A stretch of 64,000 bases of DNA from Magnetococcales bacterium (GTDB lineage: Bacteria; Pseudomonadota; Magnetococcia; Magnetococcales; JADFYX01): assembly GCA_015232405.1 (NCBI GenBank), contig JADFZS010000004.1, positions 12,053 through 76,052 on the forward strand, in the 5' to 3' direction. Below are positions 62,103 to 64,000 of this stretch, in pieces (the stretch's first letter is position 1; each line of letters starts with the position of its first letter). Made by a program: the position numbers and the translations under genes. The notes beneath the pieces are model-generated. The model had not been told where the DNA came from. It was given only the letters and a program-made list of their open reading frames with translations, and searched no databases.

Positions 62103-64000
62103 GAGTTAAGAGACAATATCCTTGGCATACTCTGCTAGCAATTACACTGCTTTTTATTCCGCTTTTGTTTGCTGGTTGCAAAACAACCAACGAAGAAAAA
62201 AAATGGGCTGGTTTGAGTGACAATGAAAAAAGCGAACAACCTGACGGAATAACTATTGCGCGGATGGTTCATGCAAGAACACAAAAAGGGGATAAAATCT
62301 CCCTAGCCTCCAACAAACCCCTTACTTATCAGGTGTTTCGTTTAAACAACCCCAACAGGGTGGTGTTGATTTTTCCCAAGACCACTTTGGGTCCAACCAT
62401 ACAACCCACAGTTATCAGGGAAAGTAAGTTGACTGGCCTGTTTCCCTCTGAGGAAAAAAGCGGAGGCAGCCGTATTGAAGTAACCCTGAAAAAACCGCTG
62501 GAGTATGAGGTTATAGAGCGTGACGATGGGTTGGATATTACCTTTTTAAGTGAAAATAAGCTGCTATTAAATGCAAAAGCGGTTGTAGACAATTTGGCAG
62601 TTAATCATCTACAAAACAGTACCGAATTACGACTGTTGGGAAGTGGCAAAGTTGATACGGTTCCCAAAGTATATCGTTTGAACAACCCCCCACGACTTGT
62701 TATAGATATGGTTGGGGTTGATGGCCCACCCCATGGACGGCGATTTGTCGTCAATTCTCCCTATGTGTTGAATGCTCTTTTGATGGGTGGTCCACAAAAA
62801 ACCAGGTTGGTAGTTGAGCTGGTTGATGCAATTGTTGGCTATAAGGTAGAAAACGAAGCAGGTATGCCGGTAATCCATCTGGGTCAACAGTTGGGTGGTG
62901 GTAACTATAGCGAGAAAGAAAAACAGGCAATACAGAATGGTGTGCACAACATACAGTTTACCCGTGATGGACAAGGTGCGTTGGTACGTGTTCTGCTCAA
63001 TAATCGAGGGGGTCAGTTAAGAACTCGTCGTGAAGGGGATAAACTTTTTCTCTCATTAGCCAACACTCCGGTAGCAAAACAGCTATTGCGACGGATGGAT
63101 GTCCGCTCTTATGGTGGCCCGGTACTCTACATTGATACAGAAAGCCGGGAAGAAAGCACCTTTGTGGTAGTTACCATGAACAAGGCCGCCAGTCGCCATG
63201 AAGTGCTGGAAAAAGGTGGGGAGATTCTAGTTCGCATTCATCCTGCCCCGGTTGATAACGATGAGAATGACTCACCATTTACCGGCAGCAAAATTTCCTT
63301 GGATTTTAAAGATATCGATGTTCAAAATGCACTGCGGATTATTGCCGAAGTGAGCGATTTGAATATAATCCTCTCCGATACCGTAAGTGGCACAATTACC
63401 ATGCGTCTGGTGGATGTTCCGTGGGACCATGCCCTGGAGTTGATCTTGGAGGCCAAGGGGCTGGGCAGGGTCAAACAGGGTAATGTACTGCGGGTTGCCC
63501 CACTTGCTGAGATCAAATCCACAACTCAGGCCCGTCTCCAGGCCAAACAGAGTGTGCAACAGTTAGAACCATTTGTAACAGAGATGATTCCTGTGAGCTT
63601 TGCTACGGGGGAAGAAATCAAGACTTTGTTGATGGAAGGGGACCAAAAACGTGGCACACGTCTGGTTTCCAGTGCTGGAACCGTATCGATAGATAAGCGG
63701 ACCAACACCCTTATTATCAAGGATACCGCAGAAAATATTCCAAAAATCCGAGCTATGGTTAAAAAGCTGGACAAACCCATAGCCCAGGTATTGATTGAAG
63801 CACGTATTGTTGAAGTTGACCGTAACAGTAAAGATGAGTTTGGCATCAACTGGGGCTTTGCGACAAAATCCACAGAGGGTGGATTTGGCGTATCAGACAA
63901 TGCTGCCAATGCCTATGAAGCGCATATGGCTACCGCAGGTACTAGCAATCCACGGGCAAGGTTGACCACTGCTACCCCCTCCAATATAAATTTAATGCCA
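62099..64000 (+). CDS. pilQ: Type IV pilus secretin PilQ, runs off the window edge
   Basis: Manual translation: AMIN motifs (FRLNNPNRVVL, YRLNNPPRLVID), ISLDFKDIDV, VPWDHAL, QVLIEARIVEV. Confidence 0.96.
   Translation, partial: MRVKRQYPWHTLLAITLLFIPLLFAGCKTTNEEKKWAGLSDNEKSEQPDGITIARMVHARTQKGDKISLASNKPLTYQVFRLNNPNRVVLIFPKTTLGPTIQPTVIRESKLTGLFPSEEKSGGSRIEVTLKKPLEYEVIERDDGLDITFLSENKLLLNAKAVVDNLAVNHLQNSTELRLLGSGKVDTVPKVYRLNNPPRLVIDMVGVDGPPHGRRFVVNSPYVLNALLMGGPQKTRLVVELVDAIVGYKVENEAGMPVIHLGQQLGGGNYSEKEKQAIQNGVHNIQFTRDGQGALVRVLLNNRGGQLRTRREGDKLFLSLANTPVAKQLLRRMDVRSYGGPVLYIDTESREESTFVVVTMNKAASRHEVLEKGGEILVRIHPAPVDNDENDSPFTGSKISLDFKDIDVQNALRIIAEVSDLNIILSDTVSGTITMRLVDVPWDHALELILEAKGLGRVKQGNVLRVAPLAEIKSTTQARLQAKQSVQQLEPFVTEMIPVSFATGEEIKTLLMEGDQKRGTRLVSSAGTVSIDKRTNTLIIKDTAENIPKIRAMVKKLDKPIAQVLIEARIVEVDRNSKDEFGINWGFATKSTEGGFGVSDNAANAYEAHMATAGTSNPRARLTTATPSNINLMP

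Overview
AT-rich proteobacterial chromosome segment. The gene content is compatible with a Magnetococcales-like organism, but that is inference only. It is mostly housekeeping and envelope genes: pqiAB, fcl, DUF748 protein, msrA/B, cysZ, recN-clpS-clpA, ccmABCDEFGH, def, rpmH-rnpA-yidD-yidC-mnmE, feoB, signalling and chemotaxis genes, mrcA and pilMNOPQ. I saw no CRISPR array, rRNA, tRNA, integrase or transposase. The main interest is non-coding. (1) Two ~410-bp cruciform palindromic elements lie inside operons (23925-24336, 34122-34528). They have conserved arms, but their internal 20-22-bp hairpin stems differ greatly in sequence while staying perfectly or near-perfectly paired. Each element sits at a sharp flip in synonymous-site strand composition (G/T-rich on the 5' side, A/C-rich on the 3' side). 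(2) A 165/168-bp fully palindromic MITE with TAA target duplications occurs twice. One copy sits on the clpA stop codon; the other is inserted in-frame into the signal peptide of a binding-protein gene, reminiscent of Rickettsia palindromic elements. All counts are hand counts.
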